From the IMG/VR virus record IMGVR_UViG_3300006104_000752, positions 3,988-67,987 of that record: a stretch of DNA of 64,000 nt; one strand, 5' to 3'. The position numbers and the translations under genes were made by a program. The stretch comes from a virus. This document shows positions 46,706-55,529 of the stretch, piece after piece (positions within the stretch are counted from its first letter, which is position 1; each line of letters opens with the position of its first letter). The notes beneath the pieces are model-generated. The model saw only the letters and a program-made list of their open reading frames with translations. It did no database searches and was not told where the DNA came from.

Positions 46706-48253
46706 TTATTGTGGGAGAGCAGCGTTAACTGCGTACTTAACCACGTTGATTGTCACGAACTCACCGAATGGAGACATCTTCAGGGAGACCTGAGCGTTAA
46801 TCTGTCCAGCGGCGATTGTGGAAGGAGTGTTTACATTGCTTCCAGTGTTCACGACATAAGCAGAACCAGCGTTGATGCCGTAGAGGCTTCCGCGAGTCCA
46901 GTAAGACTGGCACTGTCCACCAAGTGCTCCGGCAAGTGCGCCGAAGATGTGTCCCTTGCCATCGATTTCCTGGAATACAAAGCCTTCGGCAATGAAGTCA
47001 AAGTCACGAACGACCTGCATACGGAAACGAACGTTGTTGAAGTAAATCCAGTTTGGGTCCAAAGCAAGTGAACGGAAACCGTAAATTGCAATAGCGTTTA
47101 CATTTGGTACGTTGCGAACAACGTTTACACCAGCAGAGTTGAGGTTTCCACGGTCAGATGAGTTGTATGACTGAGATACGCCAGTTGCGTAACGCGAAGA
47201 ACCGTACTGAATACCAGCGGCGGGAACGTTAGCGTCGTTACCTGAGTCGTTAACAGCAATGTTTGCAGCAACAAGAGCCGATGGTGGCACAACGCGGCTG
47301 AATACAATTCCGCTGTTGGAAGATGGGTTGGTGTTTACAACGCCAGGAACGTTAATCCAAGGGGCAAACAGGGCACCGTACGATGGGTCAGTGGCGCCCG
47401 CTTGAATAGCAGCAGCCTGAGTTTCAAGCGTTGAAGCCGAGGCGGTGTTTTGACCGTCAAGAATTGCAACGCGGTTGAAGGCAAGTGCGTGGTTAACAAG
47501 GTCAATCTGAGTGGTCGTGCTGGTGTTACCAGGGTATGAAACCTGTCCGGGACCGTACTTCTCTGTAATGTAAGCAAGTGTGGTGGCGGTGTCAGCGTCG
47601 CTTACCGCTGCGTCTGCACCTGAGGTAAGGTAAACAGAAGCCGTTGAGCCAGATGCAGGAAGAATTGTAGTTCCTGTAATAGCAGAAGCGGTGACCATCG
47701 ACTGGTAGGCTGGAAGTGAGTTAATCCAGTTGATAACGTCAGTGTCGGTAGAAAGACCACCAACAGTAGCCATAAGGTTGCCGTTGTAGTTAATCTGTGC
47801 CGAGTAAAGGGTGCTTCCACCAGCGGTGTAACCGCTAATTGAAAGAATTACACCAGCGGCGCTAGAGTTGCTTGAGTTAGCCCAAGTACCCTTACCGTTA
47901 GCGGTGAGAAGGAACTTACCACCAGTTGTTCCTGAGGTTGCAGCGGCACCTGAGGAAGATGGCTGAACGCGAGTTACAAAAGCCTGAAGTCCACCTTCAC
48001 GGAAGAAAACGTCAAGAGAGTCGTACAGCAATGTGCTGTCCATGTTTGTGAGTGAGTAGCGACCGGTAAGGCTTCCGTTAACAATCTGTCCAAACGCCTT
48101 TGTGAAGTCGTTCATTGACTGGATTGGTACTGGGATTCCTGCTGGGCCAGCGGCAACGCCAAGAACAAACCATGTACCGGTTGGGTTGTTGGCGCCGGAG
48201 TTTGATGAAGCGGCACTTACGTTAATGTAAGCACCTGGGGCCTGATTAGCCAT
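46706..48253 (-). CDS. contractile tail sheath protein
   Basis: PG.Y, FF.EGG, R.AILD, PPS, LN..GVN, YG.R, NVR, G.LYG, P.GEFV. Confidence 0.93.
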   Translation of the reverse strand: MANQAPGAYINVSAASSNSGANNPTGTWFVLGVAAGPAGIPVPIQSMNDFTKAFGQIVNGSLTGRYSLTNMDSTLLYDSLDVFFREGGLQAFVTRVQPSSSGAAATSGTTGGKFLLTANGKGTWANSSNSSAAGVILSISGYTAGGSTLYSAQINYNGNLMATVGGLSTDTDVINWINSLPAYQSMVTASAITGTTILPASGSTASVYLTSGADAAVSDADTATTLAYITEKYGPGQVSYPGNTSTTTQIDLVNHALAFNRVAILDGQNTASASTLETQAAAIQAGATDPSYGALFAPWINVPGVVNTNPSSNSGIVFSRVVPPSALVAANIAVNDSGNDANVPAAGIQYGSSRYATGVSQSYNSSDRGNLNSAGVNVVRNVPNVNAIAIYGFRSLALDPNWIYFNNVRFRMQVVRDFDFIAEGFVFQEIDGKGHIFGALAGALGGQCQSYWTRGSLYGINAGSAYVVNTGSNVNTPSTIAAGQINAQVSLKMSPFGEFVTINVVKYAVNAALPQ

Positions 48254-48504
48254 TAGAGTTCTCCTGTTGGATTAGAGGAAACAGTTTCCTGATTCTTTGA
48301 GTTCTTTGTTTGTACTGCTGGTTTCTTTTCTTCGTCCTTGGGCTCAGTTGCCTTTACCTCATCGACGCTTAAAAAACCTTCTGAGATAAGACTCTCGATA
48401 AGCGGGGTGTCAATTACAGAGTAAGAAAACCCTGGTGACATTGGTTGGCCCTTGTCGTCATAAATGACGTGCTTGGCCTGTACTAAAACGTTTTTCTTGC
48501 TCAT
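48253..48504 (-). CDS. hypothetical protein
   Basis: Coupled ORF between tail terminator and sheath. Confidence 0.7.
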   Translation of the reverse strand: MSKKNVLVQAKHVIYDDKGQPMSPGFSYSVIDTPLIESLISEGFLSVDEVKATEPKDEEKKPAVQTKNSKNQETVSSNPTGEL

Positions 48505-49169
48505 AATGATTCCTTTTCGAGTTCGACGTTAACGGTCTCAACTTCTACACCCGGTGTTGGCGGTTCAGTAGAAGGATTGGTAATTGCGCCAGTCGGAGCA
48601 TATTGCGGACTTGGCACACCACCAAAAATGTTCATAACATTGGCAACCGTTACGACGAAGCGAACATGTGCAACACCGGTCGTTCGACCACTGCTGTGCT
48701 CACCTTCTAGATATTCCTCACCTTCCCATATAGTGCTTTGTGCAAAGCCACCAAGGTCGCGGTGTTGAATTATGCAGGCTCGCACGCAAGCGGCATAAGC
48801 CTGTGTTAGTGCTTCGGTTTCTTGCCAGTCTTTTGTACCGTAAACATAAACCATCGCTTCGACGGTAAATGAAGCACGAACATTGCTCTGGTAAACCTCT
48901 GGCATGTTTGTTGTTCCCGGAACACTAATAAGCACAGCAGCCTTAGCATTTCGAGGCAAAGTTCTAAAATCTGGGCGGTGCCTATATTCAAAAGGCACTT
49001 CCAATACTTCGCTTCCTAGATTGCGATTAAATTCAGCAATGTATGAAGGAAGCCAAAGTTGAAGCGTGTTATAAAACGCTTCCTGGACTGAGTGACCACC
49101 ATAGAGAGGACCGTAGGCATCATCTAAATAAGACAGGTTCCAGTCTGTCCACCATTCGCGAACTGCCAT
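48501..49169 (-). CDS. tail terminator/completion protein
   Basis: Synteny and size. Confidence 0.6.
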   Translation of the reverse strand: MAVREWWTDWNLSYLDDAYGPLYGGHSVQEAFYNTLQLWLPSYIAEFNRNLGSEVLEVPFEYRHRPDFRTLPRNAKAAVLISVPGTTNMPEVYQSNVRASFTVEAMVYVYGTKDWQETEALTQAYAACVRACIIQHRDLGGFAQSTIWEGEEYLEGEHSSGRTTGVAHVRFVVTVANVMNIFGGVPSPQYAPTGAITNPSTEPPTPGVEVETVNVELEKESL

Positions 49170-49171
49170 GG

Positions 49172-49927
49172 TTATCTCCTTCTAGTCTTTACTGACCTAG
49201 CCATTGAGTTTTCCCCAAATGTGCTGTACTTTGGGGTCGCAACATATCCCTTTTCTTTTTGGTGAGACATTGTTGCACGCCTCTTAATATCACCACGGTC
49301 ACGGCGTGCTTGGCGGCCTGCTTCTTCATCTCTAGGAGTGAAGTATTCTTTGTTGGATTTATTTGCCGCCTGTTCCTTGGGGGACATGACGTAGAATTCA
49401 ATAATCTTTGCTGCGATTTTGTAGAACTCTGGAGTAATGGTTACGAACTCACGCTTCGGCATGTTGCCAGTGCCAGTTTGGTGATAAGCACCGTAGTTCC
49501 TACCGTGTGAGTAGGATTGTGGAGCCCTCTTGGATGGGTCAATTACAAGGTCGAGACCGCCATGTCCGAATGGACGCAGTTCCGGCATTGTTGCCGCCGC
49601 CGCTAAATAACCGTGGTTAAATAGGGGCTGGTTTTTAGAGTTACCACCCTTTGAGGCACGCTCACCAACTGTAGAGCCAGTTGGTTCATTTGGATACCCT
49701 GGGTGATACTGAGGGTCTGGGGCGGCCCACATGTCTGTGATGCCCCATTCGTAAGCAAAACCACCGTTCTTAAAACGAGTGGCCTCCATAAGGCTAAACT
49801 CGTCGGCAATGGTGTAAAGTGCAGGCTCAAGGTCCGCAAGTTTTTCACCAATGATTTTCATCTTGGCAGAAACTTGTTCAATTCGTTTTGATGTTGCTTT
49901 TACATCAACCTTGGCTAGTCTGGCCAT
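49172..49927 (-). CDS. virion morphogenesis (neck/tail completion) protein
   Basis: YGAYHQTGT..MPKREF motif. Confidence 0.75.
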   Translation of the reverse strand: MARLAKVDVKATSKRIEQVSAKMKIIGEKLADLEPALYTIADEFSLMEATRFKNGGFAYEWGITDMWAAPDPQYHPGYPNEPTGSTVGERASKGGNSKNQPLFNHGYLAAAATMPELRPFGHGGLDLVIDPSKRAPQSYSHGRNYGAYHQTGTGNMPKREFVTITPEFYKIAAKIIEFYVMSPKEQAANKSNKEYFTPRDEEAGRQARRDRGDIKRRATMSHQKEKGYVATPKYSTFGENSMARSVKTRRR

Positions 49928-50613
49928 TATCCACGGACCCAAGGAGCAATCAGATTATCAATCTGTTGGTCGATTTGGTCTAGGTTCATCTCACGGCGAG
50001 TCTGAGGTTCAAACTCAAGGATGATGAACTTGGCAGCCTGGAAAAGGCATGCACGGCGAAGTGAGGCGGGAATACCTTCGGTATAGCCACCATCGTATAC
50101 AACCTGAATGCGTGAACCTTCAGGTGCAAACGTACCAAGGCGAATCCAAACGTGACCGTCAGTAACATCCGGACCGCGAATGCCACCGTGTTCAAAGTCA
50201 ATAGGTTGGAAGTCACCGTAAGTACGGTAAATATTCATGGACTGAATGTTGTAAGTCCATAGTTCCGGGTAAGCCGGAGCGAACTGGTCAAGCCAAAAGT
50301 GGCGCACCAAAGTAGATGCACCTAACGCAATGGCTTGGGACATACCCAATGAACCATAAATGTCCATAGGCATGTCAGCATTGTTCCCGTATTCAGCGGG
50401 GTCAATACCAAACAACCGGTCTTGATAGATGTGTCCCGTAAAAGGGGCCAGACGACGACCGGTGCGGTCTTCCAAGTGAGCAGTTGCTTCAACCAAAATG
50501 TCCGCAAGGGTTGTTGGTTCAATATCAACTACTAACTCAGGATAGCGCTTAGAAAGGTCTTCAACGCTGGCAAGTGAAACGGGGTCTGTGTATTGTGACC
50601 CGTTATTTGCCAT
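49927..50613 (-). CDS. head-tail adaptor
   Basis: ASVEDL, EAT..LE..TGR, V.Y.GGY...IP..L..A. Confidence 0.75.
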   Translation of the reverse strand: MANNGSQYTDPVSLASVEDLSKRYPELVVDIEPTTLADILVEATAHLEDRTGRRLAPFTGHIYQDRLFGIDPAEYGNNADMPMDIYGSLGMSQAIALGASTLVRHFWLDQFAPAYPELWTYNIQSMNIYRTYGDFQPIDFEHGGIRGPDVTDGHVWIRLGTFAPEGSRIQVVYDGGYTEGIPASLRRACLFQAAKFIILEFEPQTRREMNLDQIDQQIDNLIAPWVRG

Positions 50614-50619
50614 GGTTAA

Positions 50620-50940
50620 TTACTCCTTTGTAGAACGGCGCTTAGTGGGTGAAGCAACTTCAATTGCTTCTGAGATGTCTTCTGAGGCAGTCTCGCTCTT
50701 TTCAGCGGCCTTTGGGGCTGCCTTCTTTGGAGCAACTTTTTCTTCTACCTTTTCAACTTCTGCTTCAACGGCCTTTTCGACCTTCTTTACTTCTTTTGTT
50801 ACGGTGTAAAACAGTTCACCAGGGATTGAAAGAAGCGAGTGAGCCAAACGAGCAGGTACTTCAATCGCACCTTCGTCTCCGGCCTTTTCCCAGTTGTATC
50901 CTTCAGTGCCGCCTGGCTGATTTGCTGCTAGTAAAACCAT
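50620..50940 (-). CDS. small K/E/A-rich head-associated protein
   Basis: Follows capsid gene; low-complexity tail. Confidence 0.65.
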   Translation of the reverse strand: MVLLAANQPGGTEGYNWEKAGDEGAIEVPARLAHSLLSIPGELFYTVTKEVKKVEKAVEAEVEKVEEKVAPKKAAPKAAEKSETASEDISEAIEVASPTKRRSTKE

Positions 50941-50965
50941 GGTAAAACCTTTCATAAATTGAATC

Positions 50966-51013
50966 CAGCGCGGCGGGCGGGGGAGGAACGAGGGAACCCG
51001 CCCGCCACACTGA
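50966..51013 (-). terminator. strong GC hairpin downstream of capsid gene
   Basis: CAGTGTGGCGGGCGGG / CCCGCCCGCCGCGCTG stem, no U-tract. Confidence 0.55.
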
Positions 51014-51031
51014 AACTTGACTACCTAATGA

Positions 51032-52564
51032 TTAGTCAACTACAAACGATGGAGTGTAGTTCGTGTTGGTAGGAGTAATTCCGTTACCAGCAGTCTTGTC
51101 CAAAGCAGAAGCAACGTTGGCCAAACGACCAATGTACTTAGGTGCACGAACAGCAAGCGTAGTGTCCGCAACGAATGCGAATGGCAGGCTGTCAGGCGAT
51201 GCTGTAGTTGGGTACACGTTGACAGGCTGCATCTCACGAACGAATGGACGTACGATGTAGTTGGGGTCACGTGACATGAGGTAGATGCTCTGCTCACCGT
51301 TTGAGGTAAGTGGGTTCAATCCGCTGTTGCTGTAAGCGTAAGCGGCAGGGTATGAAGCCTGTACGTTTGAACCGTTGTAAGCAATAAGAGTTGTACCGTT
51401 GTCAACAATCTTCGTGGTAGCCCAGACGTTGCCGGTGCTGTCCGTGAAGTTTGCGTCAACAATTCCGAGCAACGTGAACTGAGTGTTCGTTGGGGTTGAA
51501 ACAGAAGCGCGGTATACCTTGTAGTGAGTTGGCTGTGAACCTTCTGGGCCGGTCGGCGTGCTGAACGAAAGCGTGCAAGCAGAGGTCGAAGGCGTGAGGG
51601 TTGAAGTCTTTGCAGCCTGGATTTCACCAAAGCGAGCAATAACAGGTGCAACTGCGTAGGTGTAGTTTCCGCTCAGAGTACCCGTACCCGTTGCAGCGCC
51701 AGTTACGGTGCCCATTTGGTTAGTACGAGGTGAAAGGAACGAAGTCTTAACGATTGGAACACCACGGTAGGTGGGAACAATCAAACCTGCGGCAATTTCA
51801 ACTTCGTCAACAAAACGCTGTTGGTTGACGAGCAACTGTGACAGACGGCTGTTGGCGTTAGGTGACATGAGGAACATCCACTCAGAGTTCTCAACTGGCT
51901 CAGCAACGTTCGATTCAACGAGGTCGATGAGAAGGTCAAGTCCACCAAGGGTGAGGCTGTTGCCACCGAAGTTAATTGAGTTCTGGTCTACGCCGTCAAC
52001 CCATGGGTTGTAAGCAGCGCCAGCCCAAGTCGAAGCACCACCGTAGTTGTCGATAGCACCGCCACCGATACCCTGTGAAGGGCCACCAGTAGAAGACGAG
52101 GTGAATGACGAGCAAATTACGTCAAGACCGTCGAACTGAGGGTAAGGTCCGTTAACCGTAGGTGCACCAGCACCCCAGATAATGGCAGTTTCCATGTCCC
52201 AGTAAAGACCGCGGGCAGCACCCTCGATTTCACGGGCGCGGAGGTCGCCAATCAGGTCTGCGGTAACAGCCTGTGAGTAACCAGTTACAGCACCAACGCT
52301 CTGGAGCAGACGAATCTGGAAGTTCTCCTGTGCGTAGTTTGATGTTGATACTGGACGTGCACCGCCGTCAGTGACGAATCCGCCCTGAGGAAGCGTTGTA
52401 CGCTTGTTGAAGTAGTAAACTGTTGAGCCCCACTTGACCGTAGGCAGCGAGCGTACGAGCGGCGCATAGCGGCGCTGGTACTCAAGCAATACTGGGTCAA
52501 TCTGCTTCTGTACGAGTGCGGCTGCACCCGCGGCAGTAAGGGCCTCTTCCAAATCGTTAGCCAT
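51032..52564 (-). CDS. major capsid protein with FN3-like insertion
   Basis: Follows scaffold; SD AAGGAG; E....WG, FDGL, YRGVPIV. Confidence 0.85.
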   Translation of the reverse strand: MANDLEEALTAAGAAALVQKQIDPVLLEYQRRYAPLVRSLPTVKWGSTVYYFNKRTTLPQGGFVTDGGARPVSTSNYAQENFQIRLLQSVGAVTGYSQAVTADLIGDLRAREIEGAARGLYWDMETAIIWGAGAPTVNGPYPQFDGLDVICSSFTSSSTGGPSQGIGGGAIDNYGGASTWAGAAYNPWVDGVDQNSINFGGNSLTLGGLDLLIDLVESNVAEPVENSEWMFLMSPNANSRLSQLLVNQQRFVDEVEIAAGLIVPTYRGVPIVKTSFLSPRTNQMGTVTGAATGTGTLSGNYTYAVAPVIARFGEIQAAKTSTLTPSTSACTLSFSTPTGPEGSQPTHYKVYRASVSTPTNTQFTLLGIVDANFTDSTGNVWATTKIVDNGTTLIAYNGSNVQASYPAAYAYSNSGLNPLTSNGEQSIYLMSRDPNYIVRPFVREMQPVNVYPTTASPDSLPFAFVADTTLAVRAPKYIGRLANVASALDKTAGNGITPTNTNYTPSFVVD

Positions 52565-52611
52565 TGCTAATTCTCCTTAATTATTTTTGGATAGGGGTTT
52601 ATTTTTATTGC

Positions 52612-54888
52612 TTAGAAGCCGCGGTCGGCCTGAGCAAACTTGCTTTCAAAGAATGGGGTTGAGCCCCATGCTTGTACTTGAACCTTGCGGAATGCAGAAG
52701 AGTTCATCTCTGCAAGTGCGCGTGGGTCCAATTCCTCCGACTCTGACAAGTCAGAGGCGTCGTTTCCAGTTGAGCCACTGGTCAAGCCCTTACGGAAAGT
52801 GGTTCGGCCACCTCGGTAAGACTCAACAGCGTTCTTTGTGGCTTCGGCTACTGCGTCAGCGGCTGCCTTAGCGGCGGCCTCTGCAACAAGAGCCTGTACC
52901 TGCTCAAAAGTAAATGTGTTTTCGTTCACGGTGTTCTCCTGTGATTCGATAGATTCCTCGGCTGCAACTTCTTCGGCAGCAACTTCTTCGGCAGGGGCTT
53001 CAGCCTCTGCTTCTGGTGCTACCTCAGCGTCTGCGGCTTCTGGTTCGGTTGATTCGACTGGCGTCTTTGCAGCAACAATCATTGCGGCAAGAGCCTGAAG
53101 GTCTGCGTCACTCAGCGTACGAGTAGCAGCGGTTTCAAGCGTTGCCTCTTCAGCCGGAGTTTCTACAGCGGTGTTTTCGTCGGACACTTCTGTCTCCTTT
53201 TCTTCAGTTGGGGCATTGTCGCTTGACTCTGCCTGTGGTACGGGGTCCCCACAAGTGGGGCAATACATGGCGTCCTGTGGAGCAGAAGTTCCACAGTTGC
53301 CACATGTTCCAGCGTCTGCTGGGCTGCTAGGAACAATCGTTCCGCAGTTGTGGCAGAAGTTTGCGTCTTCAAGCATGGACGCTCCGCATTCGGAGCATTC
53401 CATGTTGTTGTCATCTGTCTTCATGTTTTCATCCTCTGGTCCCATGCCACCAGCATCGCCGGTTGCATCTACCTGTGACCAGTCAGGCTTAGAGAGGTAA
53501 ATGTCGCCGTCGTCATCGGGGTCGATGGCGTGCATAGCGGCAATAGCACCAAATGCGATGCGGTTTGCGACGGTCTTAAGCAAGTGTGGGTCTTGCGTGT
53601 AACCAGTAATGTTGATTGAGTCTGCATCATTGTTCAATGATATTGAAGCATACGCTTCAAGTATTTCCTGGAAGTCGTTAGCAAGCGTTTCGTGCTCGCT
53701 AACAATGTTGATGCCAAACTTCTTTGCGGCTGACTTAATTCGCGACTTAATGCGAGAAAGTTGAGCGGCAGTGTAAAGGCTTGCGTTTTTGTCCTGGTTG
53801 ATGTAAGACCAGGCTGCGCGGACGTGAGCAGCAGTGTTAATTGGGTAGCGCTTTTGCTTGTCCTTCTGGTAACCAGGGTCAGCGTAGGCTACGTCACCGT
53901 AAGGCTTCTTAGCGTCCTTTTCAAAGATTGAGTTGACCGCATCTTCTACAGCGGTTTCAACCGCATCACGAATAACGTCAGCGGCTTCGTAAGCAACCAA
54001 CTCTTCGTCGCGAGATACAATCTCAACGTCATCTACAGATTCAAAAATAGCCAAGGCATTTCCCTTCGTGTATGACTCAGCCAGGGCGGCGTACTGAATC
54101 TCAGCACCCTCAACGCCAGGACTGTTTGTGAAGTCAATGCCGTGAATAGCAAGGTCGTCAGCAGTTGTTGCTTCCTCGCCATCAGTGTGGGTGATAGAAC
54201 GAGGGTTTCCTCGCCATTCACCACGGATTGAAACTCCCTTAATGAACTTTCCAACAGTCAGGGCAGCAATGTCGCGTCCATAAGTCGTGTTGGGGATGTC
54301 GGCTTCAAATGAGGCAGAGCCATCATTGTTAAGCCAAACGTCCTTGATGTTGCCAACTGTTGAGAGGGCATCATCCTTAAAAGCCGCGCCATGGCTTGTG
54401 GCCATGTTGATTGGCATACCTTCACCTGAGGAAAGTTGCTGCTTCATGCGCTCTACGGCCTTTGCAATGTTTCCGCGAGTGTAAAGACGGCGGTTCTTTG
54501 AAAGTCCGGGCTTTAGAAAAACGCCACGAATAGTGGCTGCCTTAGTAGAGGCCATTGTTTTCTCCTGGGATTCTTTTGCGTCTAGTTTTTTAATAATTCC
54601 ATTAACCCAAGAACGACCGGCATCTCCACCCCAGCCCAGCCAAGCAATGTAGCCAGCAGAAGGGTTTGACGCGTTTGCCCAATCCTTGCCCTTTTTGTCA
54701 ACTTCGTGACGAGCAAAGTATGAGTGCATTCTCTTAATGGTATCGACAGAGATGTTCTTACCGTTAGAAAGGTCTCTTGCACGCGCAACGCCAACGGCTG
54801 TCATGCCTCGCTTAAACTCCTTGCGAAGTTCAAGGGAGCGAGCAGCGTTCTTTCGAACTTGTTCTGGTGGTGAAAAACTGTCTGCCAT
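52612..54888 (-). CDS. multidomain prohead protease/scaffold protein
   Basis: S.N.RLY, SHG, GVSIRG, IDF...PGV protease motifs; YADPG..KRYPI domain; double zinc ribbon; acidic Ala/Glu scaffold. Confidence 0.8.
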   Translation of the reverse strand: MADSFSPPEQVRKNAARSLELRKEFKRGMTAVGVARARDLSNGKNISVDTIKRMHSYFARHEVDKKGKDWANASNPSAGYIAWLGWGGDAGRSWVNGIIKKLDAKESQEKTMASTKAATIRGVFLKPGLSKNRRLYTRGNIAKAVERMKQQLSSGEGMPINMATSHGAAFKDDALSTVGNIKDVWLNNDGSASFEADIPNTTYGRDIAALTVGKFIKGVSIRGEWRGNPRSITHTDGEEATTADDLAIHGIDFTNSPGVEGAEIQYAALAESYTKGNALAIFESVDDVEIVSRDEELVAYEAADVIRDAVETAVEDAVNSIFEKDAKKPYGDVAYADPGYQKDKQKRYPINTAAHVRAAWSYINQDKNASLYTAAQLSRIKSRIKSAAKKFGINIVSEHETLANDFQEILEAYASISLNNDADSINITGYTQDPHLLKTVANRIAFGAIAAMHAIDPDDDGDIYLSKPDWSQVDATGDAGGMGPEDENMKTDDNNMECSECGASMLEDANFCHNCGTIVPSSPADAGTCGNCGTSAPQDAMYCPTCGDPVPQAESSDNAPTEEKETEVSDENTAVETPAEEATLETAATRTLSDADLQALAAMIVAAKTPVESTEPEAADAEVAPEAEAEAPAEEVAAEEVAAEESIESQENTVNENTFTFEQVQALVAEAAAKAAADAVAEATKNAVESYRGGRTTFRKGLTSGSTGNDASDLSESEELDPRALAEMNSSAFRKVQVQAWGSTPFFESKFAQADRGF

Positions 54889-54897
54889 AATTAATCT

Positions 54898-55380
54898 TTA
54901 TCTTGGCGTGTAAAAACGCCCGTGACGCTTCCAATGTTTAACGTGAGTAAAACGCTTAGAGCGAATTTTCGAACGCTTTTTGAAAGCGGGTCTAGTGGCC
55001 TTACCCCAAGCAGTTCTTTCATAAAAACGGCCAGGTGCAAGTTCACCTCGAAACTTTTTAAATTTTCCAGAAACGCTTGGTTTCTTTAGCGTTACCTTTT
55101 TGTGGTAACCAATCCATCTAACTCCACGTGCGTGTTGTTTAATGGAAGCAATTTCAGACATGCGATACAGGCGATTACGTGCTGCATCACCTCTTGACTT
55201 CATCGTGCTTTTAGCAAAAGCATGGTATGTCGCTGATTTTGTGCGTCTGAACTCACCTCTAGCCATTCGGGCTTTAGTAAGGTTCGCTCTTTCTGCCGCC
55301 AACTGTGCAGCCGTCTGTTGTCCAGATGGGTGCTTGGCGTGCATGGCATAAGCGCCTGCTTGTCCAAGCCAGTTGCCCAT
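54898..55380 (-). CDS. highly basic hypothetical protein
   Basis: About 40 K/R versus about 6 D/E in 160 aa. Confidence 0.7.
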   Translation of the reverse strand: MGNWLGQAGAYAMHAKHPSGQQTAAQLAAERANLTKARMARGEFRRTKSATYHAFAKSTMKSRGDAARNRLYRMSEIASIKQHARGVRWIGYHKKVTLKKPSVSGKFKKFRGELAPGRFYERTAWGKATRPAFKKRSKIRSKRFTHVKHWKRHGRFYTPR

Positions 55381-55381
55381 T

Positions 55382-55528
55382 TTAACCTACTTCTTTTGAA
55401 ACCAATGCTGCCGCTTTTGCGGCGGTAAGACCAAGAAATGGATAAACCGGTTGTCCTTCGCTGTAGAAATCCATACCGTTAATGTTTATAGGTTCTTGGC
55501 CTTCGTTGTTTTCGTTTTCATCGGGCAT
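55382..55528 (-). CDS. 48-aa hypothetical protein
   Basis: Manual translation MPDENENNEGQ...VSKEVG; SD GAGG; fills gap. Confidence 0.55.
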   Translation of the reverse strand: MPDENENNEGQEPININGMDFYSEGQPVYPFLGLTAAKAAALVSKEVG

Positions 55529-55529
55529 C

